This document shows positions 42,276 through 55,677 of a stretch of 64,000 bases of DNA, one piece after another. The position numbers and the translations under genes are program-made. Numbering within the stretch: position 1 is the stretch's first letter; each line of letters opens with the position of its first letter. Below the pieces are notes generated by a model. The model worked only from the letters and a program-made list of their open reading frames with translations. It did no database searches and was not told where the DNA came from. Location of the stretch: positions 1,984,001 through 2,048,000 of the forward strand of contig JBLDXI010000010.1 in NCBI GenBank assembly GCA_047495785.1, given 5' to 3'. This DNA comes from Lepidodermella squamata (lineage: Eukaryota; Animalia; Gastrotricha).

Positions 42276-44018
42276 TCATTCGCAGAGCATTGGGTAATTT
42301 TCGCCACAATGAGCATCGAAAATTTCGCCGCTTGGATCCATTGCGACACCTGAAAAATCAATATAGCATGACAATAATGAGTAATTCATTTTCGACTTGG
42401 TGGCCCGTAGTATTTACATTGCAGAGCGGACTGTTTCTTCGGAAAGCCTTGCTTCCATTTTGGAATCGTGCTTTGATCATCGAACTTATCCCATGTGTCT
42501 CTCCATGTGAATACGTTGTTATCTTCGCGCCTGCCATCGATGAGAATTAACTCGCCGGGTTGAAGGAGATTATAATTCAAACTGCCAACAATATTCCGAT
42601 AATCATATCCCAATCCCCCAACGTGAAGATTTTGATAGCAATAGGTATTGGCTTGATCGCGAGTGAGCGCCGGGGAGGTTATCACTGTCAAACCAATACA
42701 AACGAATCCAAACGCACTATTGCAGTTCACATCAACCAGCCTCCTCAGCGTGGCACTTATTGCTGCACCTGATGGTAACAGAAACAGTAACAGCCGTTAG
42801 ATTGAAATTACAGTTTCGAATTTCTAGTGAAGTTTCATCCAAATCACTCCAAAATCATGGTTTTTCGCCAATGCCATTCAAATCGCATAAAATATACCCA
42901 ATCTCAAAGAAAATTTTATTTCTTTTACGAAACTTTGTAACCACCACATATGCCCCACACACAACCACCACCTGCATTTTTGGTTCATGAAGTAACTGGA
43001 ACCTTTCGACAAGGTCAGGAAGCTCAAGATTCAGTTGTAATGATAAAAACAAACAAAAAAAGCTTTTCACAGCAAATATGATAAGGCCAGAACGTGTTTT
43101 TAAACCTGGTGGTGTATAAGCCTTACCCAGTTTCACACGTAGAATATTTTTGGCACATACTTTTCAGGTATCCTCTGCTGGAACCCCTAAGTACGAATAG
43201 GCAGAACTGCGTACTTATCTATGCGCGATTATACCGACCCAACCTATCAACTTTCACCTAACTTTCATTCAACTTACAATCACCGGTGCCATTCGGGTAA
43301 CCAGGTGCCCAATATAAATTGTAATCTCCGTTATTCCAAAACTCGAATGTTTCCGAGGACAACATCCGGAATTTAGCCATCGCGCCGATCCAGACCGTTT
43401 TGCCGGCTACATTCGTGATGGCGGTTTGAACAGCTGCATCGCTTTTAATCTTCGCGGGTGCGTAGTTGTTAGCCTTGCAGTACGCCAAACCCTGGCTAAA
43501 ATGACCGGCTGTCGGGCTGACGAGGGGCGCGCGGGTCCCACAGTTGGCGCCTAACCATCCTGCGCGGCAACTACAAAACGTATCGTTGAACAGCACACCG
43601 CCGTTCAAGCAAACGATGAGAGGCGTTCCTGCCAGATGTCAAAATTTACTGTTGAAGAATTCTAATCAAATATGGCTCGAGTACCTATTTGGCAAAGCGC
43701 GCCAGATGTCCCTTTCGGGCACATACAGGACTCGGTGATCCCAACGTAAATGCCACCATTCAAACAGTTCAACTGCGGGGAATAAAAATCAAGAAAGATG
43801 GTTAAGAAAACGATGGCGGTACCGGAACAGGCACATCGGTCAAGCAATTGTTATGATTGTCGGCAAACTTTTTCGAATTCGAAAACAGCTTCAACTAGAG
43901 GAAGTGTGGAAAATGTATAGCGAAGCTCGCGTGTAATTCGAAAACTTACTCGAAGGGAGTCGCGCGGACAATGGCTGTAGCAATACTTAACACCTCCCCT
44001 GAGACATTTCAAAGCATT
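42276..44018 (-). CDS. EGF-like plus two C-type lectin domain protein; 5' end uncertain
   Basis: Spliced exons give CLNGG..CxCxxG..G..C EGF repeats, CTL1 (VWIG, WAPGYP, DVNCNSAFGFVC) and CTL2 (WKQGFP, CVAM, DAHCGENYPMLCE*). No clear signal-peptide exon found. Confidence 0.75.
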
Positions 44019-44494
44019 CTGAAATGTGGTAAACCAAATCACAATGTTATTATCAGAATTTCCACATTAATGAGAGCGGAGGTGATATATTCACATTTAC
44101 TCGAGCATTCGTAGCTTGAGCTTTCACAATTACTTGACAGAAGGAGGGGCGGCAAATAGCATTTTTCCAGCCAAAATATTGAAAATCCTTTCCGATTTGT
44201 AAAGATCGAGCCTGAACATTTTTTTATTTACTCAAGCCCTAGAGCATACGTGCGCGCCTTGTTACAAGGTAACATTGGTAAGAAATGCGGGTGGCTTGGT
44301 CTCATAATTGATACAATCAAGCCGAGGACAACGAGCAGGCAATGAGAGCAGATGAGTGCCTTGAAAATAACTCGTTTACCAACGGCAGTTCAATCACGTA
44401 AAACGGCAAAATTTGCTGTAGTTACGCAGTGGCGACTGGAAAGGGTGATTTTTGGCCCCAGGCTGTTCCCTAACCGCCGCGCGGATTGTCGATT

Positions 44495-44690
44495 ATTTTA
44501 TGGCGCTAGACAGTATAGAATATCCGGGTGGGTATCATAATGGGGTGGTTAGCACGATGGATATCGGCCTGAAGGTTAGCTATGTAGGCCCGACGCGCAG
44601 CCGAAGGCCGTAATAGAGGCCTGAAGGACGAATATCCATCGCTGTCCACCGATTACACCCGGATATAGTTGTTATCCGGCGTCAAAAATC
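44495..44690. repeat. Degenerate palindromic MITE-like element
   Basis: ATATCCGGGTG / CACCCGGATAT and CGATGGATAT / ATATCCATCG inverted pairs around a central GC-rich core. Confidence 0.5.
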
Positions 44691-46169
44691 ATCAAATCCA
44701 TACAACCTGATCTAGAAGGAAAACTACAAGCGTTAATAAATAGCCAACTTTGCCGTAGTTACGCAGTGGCGACCTGGATGAGTGATTTTTTAGCCCTGGG
44801 CTTCTCACAGGTGAGAGCTTATTTGGGTATAAAGCCGCTTTCTCCTTAATCGCTAGTGTGCACAAAAGTTTTGAATAGCAGCTTAACATTAGGTTGCGGT
44901 CAACATATATTTGTGCGGCTCGATCTTTACAAATCGTCAAAATGGCTCGACCCCTAGGGGGTACGCGGAGCCGCCATACCCATGCCATACCCTGCCCCCT
45001 CACCCTCCTCCGCGCAGTCGGACCACTGGCTGGAAATCTAGCGAGTTTCATCTGCACAGTTATGACTCACCCATTTCAAGCATGTATTCTTGTTGATGAA
45101 GGCGAAAGGTGAGTATTGGCCCGTTTCGTTAGCGGCAAAACAACCCGAGCTGACCGGCCGGCAATCGGTGAATTTCCGATTCGCAGTGCCAAAGCATCGA
45201 ATGTGCGGCTTTTCATCGGCCGGAACTTTAACTATATAATTGGAAACGAGAAGCAAAATGATTTATGACCTTGAACTATTATTTTTATGATAAAATCTCA
45301 CTTTGGCCATCAACACATTTCTCGAAATCCTCATAGTAAGGTCCAGCGATCTAGAAAACGTGTTGCCACATGTTCAATTTTTCAAATTAATCTTTCGTCT
45401 GAAAACTTTGGAAAAACTGAGCCACCTTGAGGTGAAGATTCTTGATCAACAGGTACATTTAAAATAAATTTCGGAGCTCACATAGATTTTTAAGAAATAG
45501 GTGAGCTAAAAATTTCAGCCCCAACCGTTCACAGGTGAGCGTTTGGCAAGGGGGTGCCAAAACACCTTTCTGAGTGATCGAGCTTCAACGATTTTTCCCA
45601 AATCCATGTTATATGAAAGTATCTTGGCAAGTTTGGTACCGCTGAAAAGTCGAAGCGGCGAGCTATTTTTCAGTGAAATTCGCCACTTTTTATCAATTGT
45701 GCCCAAATAGATTTTCAAGGCCAAAGCTGAAAGTGTCCAAATTTAGGGGACCGGTCAGGTAAAAATGCTTTCGATTTTCCAAAAATCAGTTGGAACCTTG
45801 ACCGATAATTCGGCGATCGCCTAACACACCTTTGTAGCCAAAATCGTCGATTGCTGAATTAGGACTGATTTTTATCCTCAAAAACATGGATTTTCCAAAA
45901 ATACCCTCCCCTGCGGTATCACTCAACGTAACATTTTAATTACTTTTCTAAATAATACCTCAGTGTCTAAGATGTTCTCATTAATCTCCCAGCAACTTTG
46001 CGCATAAGGTGACTATACGGCTGCTATCATGATGGCCTGATAATCTAATCTAGCGAAAACGGCTTCAAGAAACTGTATTTCCAATTTTCCTCGAAATGAG
46101 CATATCGCCTGCTGAAAATGCGAATAATTTACAGTATTTGTAATAAATTTATTCTTAAATATTGATGTC

Positions 46170-47433
46170 TTAGGGAAGCATGGCGCAATCGGGGCTCACC
46201 GTATTTGCCGGGCACAATTTGCCGAATTGGAGTGGATCCGGGGTGGGTACGCAAGTGACCAGTTGGCCTTGAGCATTGCGGCAAGGTGTGAAAAATTGAT
46301 ACTGTAATGAAAAAAAGTCACGCAAAACTTATAGGGCTATACAAACAGAAAACTCGCGAAATTCACCGGAAAAGACGCATTAATTGCATTGCGGCATGCT
46401 CGCAGGTTTTCACCCACGAAATCAGAGCCTTGAAACACCCCGACTTCCTATATGGGACAAATATGAGCTGATAACAAAATTGCGATGGCTTATAATAGGA
46501 ACTCACGATCTCGCCGGTTTTGCAGTCGTACCAGCCTGGCTTGCACACGGGCGTCAACGCGGCGTATTTGTAGCACATCCGAGCGTACTGTTAAAGGCAA
46601 ATGTTACTATTCATCAAGCGAAATACAAGATTTTAACCCCCTGGATGCAAGATGTCACGTCTGAAAACGGCGCACCGTCCTGTATAGTATCGGTAGAATA
46701 TAAAACAACAATAATATAAGTATAAAACATTAAATAGTAAACAAAAATATAGTTGATAATAGAAATAATAATTTATTCCCTTCAATTCCAGCCCAGATTA
46801 ACAAGGTCTAAAAAAATTTAATAAAAAAATACAAACTTTCATACATATTTTTTTCCATTTAATTCGAGCTGGAAACGTAAAAAAAATTACAGCGGACTAG
46901 TTTGCGGTTATTTTAAACAAAAACGGGATTCTAAAAACGTAGCCGATCCTTTCTACTTGAAAATATTTATTGGTGAAGTGCAAGGGCCTTAAAATCTAAC
47001 CTTGGATTTGGAAGAACTTGAAAAACGACATAAACATAACCCTAGCCTTAACCCTGATACTAAACCAAGCCCCAAGCCCTAAAACTAACCCTAACCCTAA
47101 CTCCTATTCGTCGTTTTGGTGAAAAACACAGTTTTATTATAAAAATATGTACGAAGAACGCTTCGTAAAAAAAATGCACATGAATATCGATCATTTTAAT
47201 AAAAGAATTGCAAAATAGAAAATACATAAAATGGGGTAAAAAATTGTAGAAAATAAATTTGAAGAGCTGAAATGAATAATTTGGAAATATACCTGAAATT
47301 CGCGTAATTCGTGGCAACCTTTGCTAGTCTTACGGCATCGGACAAAGGAGTTGTCGAATTGCGAGAAGCAGCGGATCCATTGCGAACACGTTGCCAAGTT
47401 GATGAGCACAAGAAGAGTTAACAAGCGAATCAT
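46170..47433 (-). CDS. Orphan small secreted cysteine-rich protein (about 145 aa, 4 exons)
   Basis: Signal-like MIRLLTLLVLINLATCS. Phase-0 GT-AG exons read QWIRCFSQFDNSFVRCRKTSKGCHELREFQ / YARMCYKYAALTPVCKPGWYDCKTGEI / EVGVFQGSDFVGENLRACRNAINASFP / YQFFTPCRNAQGQLVTCVPTPDPLQFGKLCPANTVSPDCAMLP*. Confidence 0.7.
47037..47102. repeat. Degenerate (CCCTAA)n tract in an intron
   Basis: TAACCCTAGCCTTAACCCTG...CTAACCCTAACCCTAAC. Confidence 0.6.
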
Positions 47434-47913
47434 TTTCGCTATAGCAAAAGATGATAATTGACCAGTTTTTTCCTATTATAAAAGCGGTTGATGAAGTAAA
47501 GCGCATAAAGTAAAATCCGACTTTTAGAAGGCACTGCCCTATATTTGAAACAATTGAGCCAGAACCTCAATATTAACGAGACCTGCCCTGTATTTCGGGT
47601 CTGCCCTATATTTTTACACTAATTTTAACTGGTGTTATCGACGAGAAATGGCTTCACAAGTATAAATAATATTAATTTTCCTAATAAATTAAGTTGAAAT
47701 CGAAGCAGTTTTTTTATGGTCTATTGACCCGCATCGTGGTGAACATTCCTATACTTGGAGCGAGCTTGGCCGATTTATGACTGATTTTCCAGGAATTTTC
47801 TAAATATCGCCAAGCGGAATTAGCATTAAATTTGAACAAAAGCAGGGAATATAGTGAATTCATTACCAAATTATTCCAAACAGTTCCAAGTCCCCAATTT
47901 TAAGACCTAGCAT

Positions 47914-47975
47914 CTAACCCTAACCTAACCCCCAACCTAACCCTAACCCTAACCCTAACAATAAACTAACCTTAA
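47914..47975. repeat. Degenerate (CCCTAA)n tract inside an old foldback element (about 47665-48300)
   Basis: CTAACCCTAACCTAACCCCCAACCTAACCCTAACCCTAACCCTAAC, between degenerate inverted arms at about 47665-47765 and 48205-48300. Confidence 0.65.
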
Positions 47976-48889
47976 ACAAGAAATAAGTTGAATAACCGAA
48001 TAAAATAGTTAGGTATTGAATTGAATTAAATTTGGTACCGCGGTAAGATTTTTCCAAAGCCTAATCATGATATTTTCCAGCTACGCAATGCAGGTATTAT
48101 GGTGCGCGTGCTGTCAACGAAGATTCTAGAATGAAACCTGCAATTTTTGGGCAGCTGAATGTTGAGATTTCTAATCTGAAAGTCCTGCAAAAAATCAGTA
48201 AAAAATCGTCTCCAAGTACGGAAACGTAGACGAAGATGCGGGCTATATGGACCATTGAGAGCTGCTTTAATTTACACTTAATTATTGGTTTTAATTACGT
48301 TTATTTGACGAGCGACGTCTTATTTCGTTGCCTCAATTTGTTTATATGGATCTGAAAAATTTCGAAAAAATAACCATCGTGTTCCTCGTGACGCCCTATT
48401 TCCGAATCTATCGACCAGTATTGAGAGGAAATAATAATTAGCGAGGAACCAGCTAAAAACCAATGGAATATTTTACCTCCAAGCACTGATGAATCAGCTG
48501 ACCCTCAGGCGCCAATGGCGTAGTACCCTTTTTCTCGTGAGTAAGCAGTCTATAGTAGATTATGTCTATGGCTAAACGTTATCGAAGGGAAAAAATAAAA
48601 AATCCGGAGATGCATTTTAGCAGGGCATCGACCCGATTTCCATTAAAATGTTTCCTCATAATTTTGAAACACACAAAGGCATAGGTATGAGTGTTCAAAA
48701 TTACGACCTTAGTGTACACATTTTGATTTGCCAAAAACGAGGTCAAAATTCCAAAAATTTGCAGGAAAATCAGAAATCACATGTCCCAATTTTTTAAAAT
48801 TTAAAAATTTGGTTCGAGATTTTTAACGTGCGGCAGGTTTCATCCGAATAAAACTTGAAAATGAACGAATGAAGTTTGGATTAGGAACC

Positions 48890-49038
48890 AGAAATTCTCC
48901 TAGTTGGTGGCAACCTTTGCTGGTCTTGTGGCATCTAACAAAGGCGGAGAGCCTATAATAATAATAAAACTACAACGAGAAGCAGCGGATCCATTGCGAA
49001 CACACCGCCAAGTCGATCAACGCAAGAAGAAATATCAT
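48890..49038 (-). pseudogene. Defective duplicate of exon 1 of the secreted Cys-rich gene
   Basis: MIFLLALIDLAVCSQWIRCFSL* followed by FVRCHKTSKGCHQLGEF; in-frame TAG; downstream exons not seen. Confidence 0.75.
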
Positions 49039-51966
49039 TTTTTATATTAATATTGAATTGAAAAAAGTGAATTAAAGCCCAGAGTCAATTTTGAACGTGC
49101 GCTGAGGTCAACGCGCCGATACATAGACCAATGAGTGTTACGTGGCACTGGCCACACGGTCTGTACCGACAGGAAGCTGCTTTTGAGTGGACGCGTGTGC
49201 CACTTTGCGATGAAGAAAATCGCGAATTAAAAACGCACACGCGATGAAACGTCAATGTCAGCTCTTTTGGCACAGGGCGAGGGTGAAGCGATTTGACGCA
49301 GCCCAGTTTTTCTAAATCTAATATTTCATTCTGGGTACGAAAATAGCACAGCTGTTGACGCTGATGAATTCGGATCGCAGAAGGAAATTTTGCAGGCAAG
49401 GCAAGGCCCATTGGAGCAATACTTAATAAGTAAAAATATCATTGGAACGGCGCGCGGTTTCGGAGGCACACTTTGTTTCTTATCATTTTGGTTCGAAATT
49501 TGACATGGCCATTCATAAAACATCGTACTCCAAGCAGTAATCGAAAGAAATCTAACGATTGGTTTTTGCGTCACAGGGTTCAGGTGAAAATCGGGTAATT
49601 TGGGTTTAGGATGCGGCTGCGCAGTGTGAACATTCGAATTTCAGAGTTAGGGAAAATTGTAGCCTCAATTTTTGTCAGGCGGGGTAATTTCTGGCACTTC
49701 ATTGAAAATCCCTAGCAAAAATAGGATTGAACTAAACTTACAATATTATAGTAGAGGGATAAGAAAGTCTGAGCGGAATAGTTATATCTCATGGCTAGAA
49801 AAATCTTAGAAAAATCTGATATGCCGTAAGAATAGTATTGAAAAATGTCTTTTGTGAATGATATAAGAATGGGATAACCGAAAATCTGGATATGAAATTG
49901 AAACATGGGTCAAACAATATCCAACGGAAAAAATGATGAGAGCTTGAAATCGTGGGAATTTAATTGGCGAAATCGAACGGGAATTTTAAAAAAATTTCCG
50001 CACGGCGGGGTAATTGAGGAGAAAAAGAAATTATAGCCGTAATATAAATTCGATAATATAAATGTAATTTCCTATTTCTCTGCAAATTTGGCGATTTTAT
50101 ACTAAATTTTTCGCAATCCTGCTTAAAATTGTAGACGCAAAAAAGGAATTTCGCAATTTTATATTTTAAGGTCTGAATGATTAGAAAATTAACAGCGTGT
50201 CCCATAAGTAACGCAAAGAAAAGAAAAGGAAAAGGAAGTACAGAGAAAGTTTTCTTAACCGGAATCGGGTCGCGCCAGGCAAAATCGCCCGGTTTAGACA
50301 AAGTCAGGATTATTTTATACCGATCAGAGTCCGGATAAGGAAATATATGGGAAATATATATATTTCACATTTCACGAACTGCGAAGTCATTCAAGTCATA
50401 CCTTTTGATATAAAAAATTGAACTGCAAAGACCGTAGATGCTACATCCGGGCCGATTGAAAATTTTCAAAATTTCGAAGTGTCTCATGCCAGGCAGGTGC
50501 CTGAATTTTCCCCCAAAAGCTCTACATAATTGACCTTTTTCATGCGTTAACCGTCCGGTTTATACCACCAGTCCGGTTTAGACAACCGTCACTGTAGTAT
50601 CTCATTGCAAGAAAAAATCTTAGAAAAATCCAACATGTCATATGGTTATAGTTATATCGTTATAGTAGGGTATAGTAATAGCTATAGAATGATCTGTCGA
50701 CTGATGCACAAGGTGCTATCTCAGCTAATAGCTGCCGCCAACAAACTTACCTGGAACTCCTGAAAAAACCATTCGCTTTTTCTAATAATTCAAAAATCAT
50801 TAAATAATTCACCGGAAATCTGAAACGGAACTGATACTATCATGGCACTCTGACTACTCTACTGCGGCTGCACTTTCTTTTTTCACTATCGAGCTTCCTT
50901 CCTGGATATCATGCTCATTAAATAAATAAATAAATAAATAGTCAGGGTCAAAGTTCAAATTATGGAGCGAGGTGAAATTTTAGCCGCAATTTTGTCATTT
51001 CTGGCTGGGTAATTTCTGACCCTTTCGCTGAAACGCCGCGCCTTAGCGAAGATATCCCTGAGCTATCATGAAGGGTTCGAATTCCTAAACTTTTGTTTTT
51101 CGTTAAATATTTTTCTCCTAATTTACGCTAAAATCTAAAATTGATTTTATCTGAACTTTGACACTAATTTAAAAATTGATATTGAACTGTGTGAAAAAAC
51201 AGAATTTTAGAATTTTTTTTACAAATATTCAAGAATTCAGGAATGATTCCTCGAGTTTTCTAATCAGCCGGGTACCAAAGTTGAGACCAGTGATACCTGC
51301 CGGAATGCAAATAAGCCAGAGATTATCGAAACTCTCGGTCTCAATTTATTTAACTCACTAAGCGGCGAATCATTTCGCCAAATGGTCCGATGAATCATCA
51401 ATGACCCCAGCGAAATTGGATACACCAGTTTTTTTACGGTCATCGTGGTCAGTTTCTAAAAATACACTGGTGACCTTTTGAAACCAAAAAATATGGTCGC
51501 AATTCGTTAGTTGGCCAAGTCCTCATTTCATACAATATTGATCTTTTGCTTCACAGAAAATGAGGCGCACCAAAAGTATAAAATGGGTCAAAATATTTAC
51601 ACAGAAGTTCACCATTCTCAGCACTACATTCGAATGTATCGGCAATAAAAGTTTTCGATTCTTTGCGATTTGGGCTTTTTCTGTTTCTCGGCTGATATAC
51701 TAACCTGGAACTCAGCGACTAATAGTGGTATAACAATAAGCCCCAAGAATGCTAATGTCCCCAGGACCCTAGGCTTTTTTGTTTTCAAGCATTTTCGAAG
51801 GTGGCGTCCGATGTATGGGAAAAATCAGTGATTTGTGAAATCGATACTTGAAATCGAAAATAGCTGAAGTAAACTCGTTAACTGGCCGATCATAGCGCAA
51901 AACTGTTAGAACTATTCAAATAAATTCTTTATTCAGAGCTATTCACGTCGTCTCTTTTACTTTCGA

Positions 51967-54900
51967 TCACAAAACGTAGCGAACGAATGGCATGGCCATC
52001 ATCGAGCCATCATCGCCGACACACGCCATGTCGAGGCGGATTGATTTCTTGTTACCCACCAAAGCCGAAATCTTGGGATGATGCGTCTCTATCAGTTGGC
52101 GAATGGATAAATCCAACTGCTGCTGACTCTTCTCCTGTGACATCCGCGCCTTGTTGTAGATTACGTAATTGCCAATCGCAACCATACCAACTACGACGCC
52201 ATCCCGATTGAGTCTCTTCAGAATCTCACCCAGTGTAACTCCGGGATTTTCAAAGTTGAAACGGGTCCAAATCGTCCAACTCGGAGCTTTGGGAGCATAG
52301 GGTGGTTTCAACGTGGCATCACGAGGATTGCTCATAATCACAACAGGTTTGCTCAGGTCGAAATGGGTGTTTCTGAACTTGGATAACTGCGAATGGCCCT
52401 AGACGAATTTGATAAGTTCCAAGCAAACCAGACCAGCTACAATCGCTGTTGTAGTTGCAATAGCTGGCGTTATCTGTAACAACTTCAATCAACAATGAAT
52501 GACAAAAAAGATCGAACGAACCTTTCCAGCGATAAGTTTACTCTTCTGCCGATTTGCAGGTTCGATGAAGTAGTTCTCAGCCCGGCAGTTTGAAGCTGCG
52601 ACAATGAAGTCGAGGTGAAAATTGGAATCGTCATCCTTCTCGAATTCAATCGGGGTAATCGAACTGCCATCGATTTCAGCCTGCTCTGGAAGCTTCGCTT
52701 GTAACTCCGCGACCTTCGCCTTCATTTGCTCAGCTCGCTCTTCTTTCAAAATTTGCAAATCACGGTCATTTTCGGCAATCAAGGAATTGCCACGAGGTTC
52801 GAATTTCAGTTCAACCTTAGAAGCGATGGCTTGAATTTTCGACTTGTCCCGAATCTGGGTGATACCGAACAAGCTAGCGTAAAGATTGGCTGCTGAACTG
52901 ACGAAATCGACATGAAGCTCCTGTAAGAAAAGGTTCGAGAAACCTTAGAACTAGAGATTCAAACTCACATTGTCCAAATCAAAGTTCAAAGCTCGCGGGA
53001 ATCTTTTGGCATTGTCCCAAAATGGCTGCCCATCGGATCCAAGTTGATCCTGGGGGAACCTTTCGGTCAACTCAGCAATTTCCGAGTGAAATAACTCTTG
53101 AAATTTCGAGCAAGCCCAGCTGACGCACTGTTCGAAGTTGGTTGGTCGATTTTCTGCGGCGAGAAACTGCACCAAGCTCTCGACGGCTTCCAATCGTTCA
53201 ACTTGCTGGAGATTCGCCAGGAATTGCTCGCCCTCTGCCGCGTATCTTTTGACGTATTGAGCTGGCGAGACGAACAAATCGTGAAATTGTTCACGGGCCC
53301 AGTGAAGCGTATGCTCGATGGCGTTTGGGAAGCTTTTGATCGTACACTGGGCGTAGGACGTTTCGTCAGAAGCCGACAGGCCAGTCGAATAAGGCTCGGT
53401 CAAAGATTGCAATATTACCTAAAGAAAAAGGTTCCAGAACTTGATTTGAGGTTCAAAATCGAACCTAGAAAATCGAGTACTAAAACGCTTCAATTTAGCG
53501 CTACAAAGTTCCGAAGTTCCAAATTAGGATATATCGAAAAAGAAACCTTTGTGGATCCGGTTTCGCCCTTCGTCGCAGATTCGAACATTGGCTTCAAATG
53601 GTAGATGCAACGCTTGTCCAAGTACTCCCTAGCCTGGAGATTATCCAACGCGTTGACAACCGCATCCAAAACGTCGAAAAAATCTTCGTCGTAGATATCT
53701 TCGGTTTCGGGCCCAACTTTGTTCAAATGATACTCGATATTCAAATCGCGGTTAATTGCCTTGACCGCAGCAGCGGCAACCTTCGATTTAGGCTCTTTCA
53801 AATCGTTTTGCCGGAATAGGAATTGGCGGTTGAGATTCGATCGTTCGATGACGTCCATGTCGGTTGTAAGGAGCTTGCCAGCTTTCGAACAAGCCACGCC
53901 CATCATCGCAAAGTTTTTGAGTAACTCGCAGCCGATTGCGCCGGTGCCAACAACAAACAATTTGAGCTTTTCAAGCTTCTCCTGAAATTGCTGGCCGAAA
54001 ATTGCGATTTGGCTGGCGTAGCGACTAGGTTCAGATGGGAAGTCGATGAGTTTTTGCGTTTCAGGTAGACATTCCAAGGCGTCAAAGTACATGAATTGAT
54101 GTAGCGGGACAAATTTCCCAGATACAGCTTTGAAGACTTCTTGAGCCGCGAATCCTCCGATAACAGCGTTCATCGGGCACAAGTTACCGGTTGCTTGAAG
54201 AGCGAAGGCCTTAGCGATTTGCTTTTCGCTTTCTTTTTCGAAACGTTCAGAGAATCTTCGAGCAAATTCTTCGTTTCTAGCAGTTGGCGAGTCGCCGAAT
54301 TCGCCGAGCAAGCAGAAGGCGCGGTGGATCGTAGATTCCCGGCCCATTTTTCCGAAATCGGTGATTAGGAACCTAGGTTCAGCTACGGCTTCAGCTAGTG
54401 GCTTGAATGACATAGATTTGCTGGTTTTGACCTGCAAATAGAAAATTCATACAGGACCGACAATCCAACAATCCAAATTACCTGGGTAACTATGCATTTA
54501 TTGCTTGGTGGCATCTCGCAATCGGCCTCAATAGAGAAAATATCAGCGGTTATCGAAGCAGAGATGCGAAAAGGTCCCCAAGTTCGCCGATCCCCTTCCG
54601 CCCCAGAAACCGATCGATCTAGGGCGAATGTTACCAGATTGCCCTGAGCAAAACCCCTCGAACCCGTTTGCTCGACCAGCTTGACCAAATGAGGCGATGA
54701 CGGGTCGCTGCTACGGTTGATTGAACCGACAAGGCGAGACAGAGGCTCGCCAGCTGTTGGATCGATAACTTCGAATCTGTCGCCGAAATCGCAGAAGAGC
54801 TGGCCGAATAAACCGCGAGTTGACGCTAGAATGAACTTGACCCCGTTCAAGTGACACCATTTGCCAATTTCCTTTGTTTTTTCGTCAATCACGTGATCGC

Positions 54901-55371
54901 AGAGAACCACAACCTGAGCAAGTATAAATGTCCAGCAATTAAATTTCTATAAATATTGGAAATTTACGTGGAATTTGGAGACGAAATCCACGGTAAGGCT
55001 CTCGTCAGCCGCTTCCACGCGAACATAAGGGTTCAGCTCAGCAAATCGATTCCTGCTCGCTTCGGCTCGATTTTTGTTCAGGTCATTAGCGGTCAAATAG
55101 AACTTGAAAGATGCGAAATAAAATTTTGAAATAAAATTTATTAGATTTTTACCTGGGTTCCAAGATCCGAAATTTGCGTCGCTTTTGTGTCGTGAAGCGT
55201 GACAGAGCGAACGCCGCCTAAAATGACGTTTTTCGCGATTTCGGCGCCCAAGCCATTGAGTCCGCTGATGAGAACATCCGCGCCAGCCATTTTACGCATC
55301 GTTGACTCGCCGAGAGTGTAAAGCTGTCGCGAATACAAAGACTCGTCGATTGCGCTATTATTCTTAGTCAT
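51967..55371 (-). CDS. Divergent UBA1-type ubiquitin-like activating enzyme E1, 7 exons, about 1000 aa
   Basis: [42 protein letters not shown], catalytic [18 protein letters not shown] (Cys at 53344-53346), [25 protein letters not shown] and a C-terminal UFD. Exons splice in frame. Confidence 0.95.
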
Positions 55372-55677
55372 AGCCGCCGAGATTTACAAGAAAATTCGCA
55401 AATTCTGTCTAAAATTTGAAAATTCATATGATTTACTCGTGAGTAATGGAGATGGAGAGATGAATCGGCAGTTCTGAAATCTGAAATATCAGGTTGTAGG
55501 ATTTCAGAAAGGTCGAAGCCAAGGTCAATGAGAGTAATAAAATCCAGAAAAAAAACGAAATAGGAAAACTACCGAATCATTTATCGACTCTGTTTTTATG
55601 TTTTGGTAGCAAAATTATAAAATCTATAGCTTCGTAATTTAAAAAATTCAAAAATTTCAAAAAAATGTGCAGAGAAT

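Noticed and set aside
51040-51090. GGTTCGAATTCC T-loop-like motif
   Set aside because: No cloverleaf or A-box could be built, so it is not called a tRNA.
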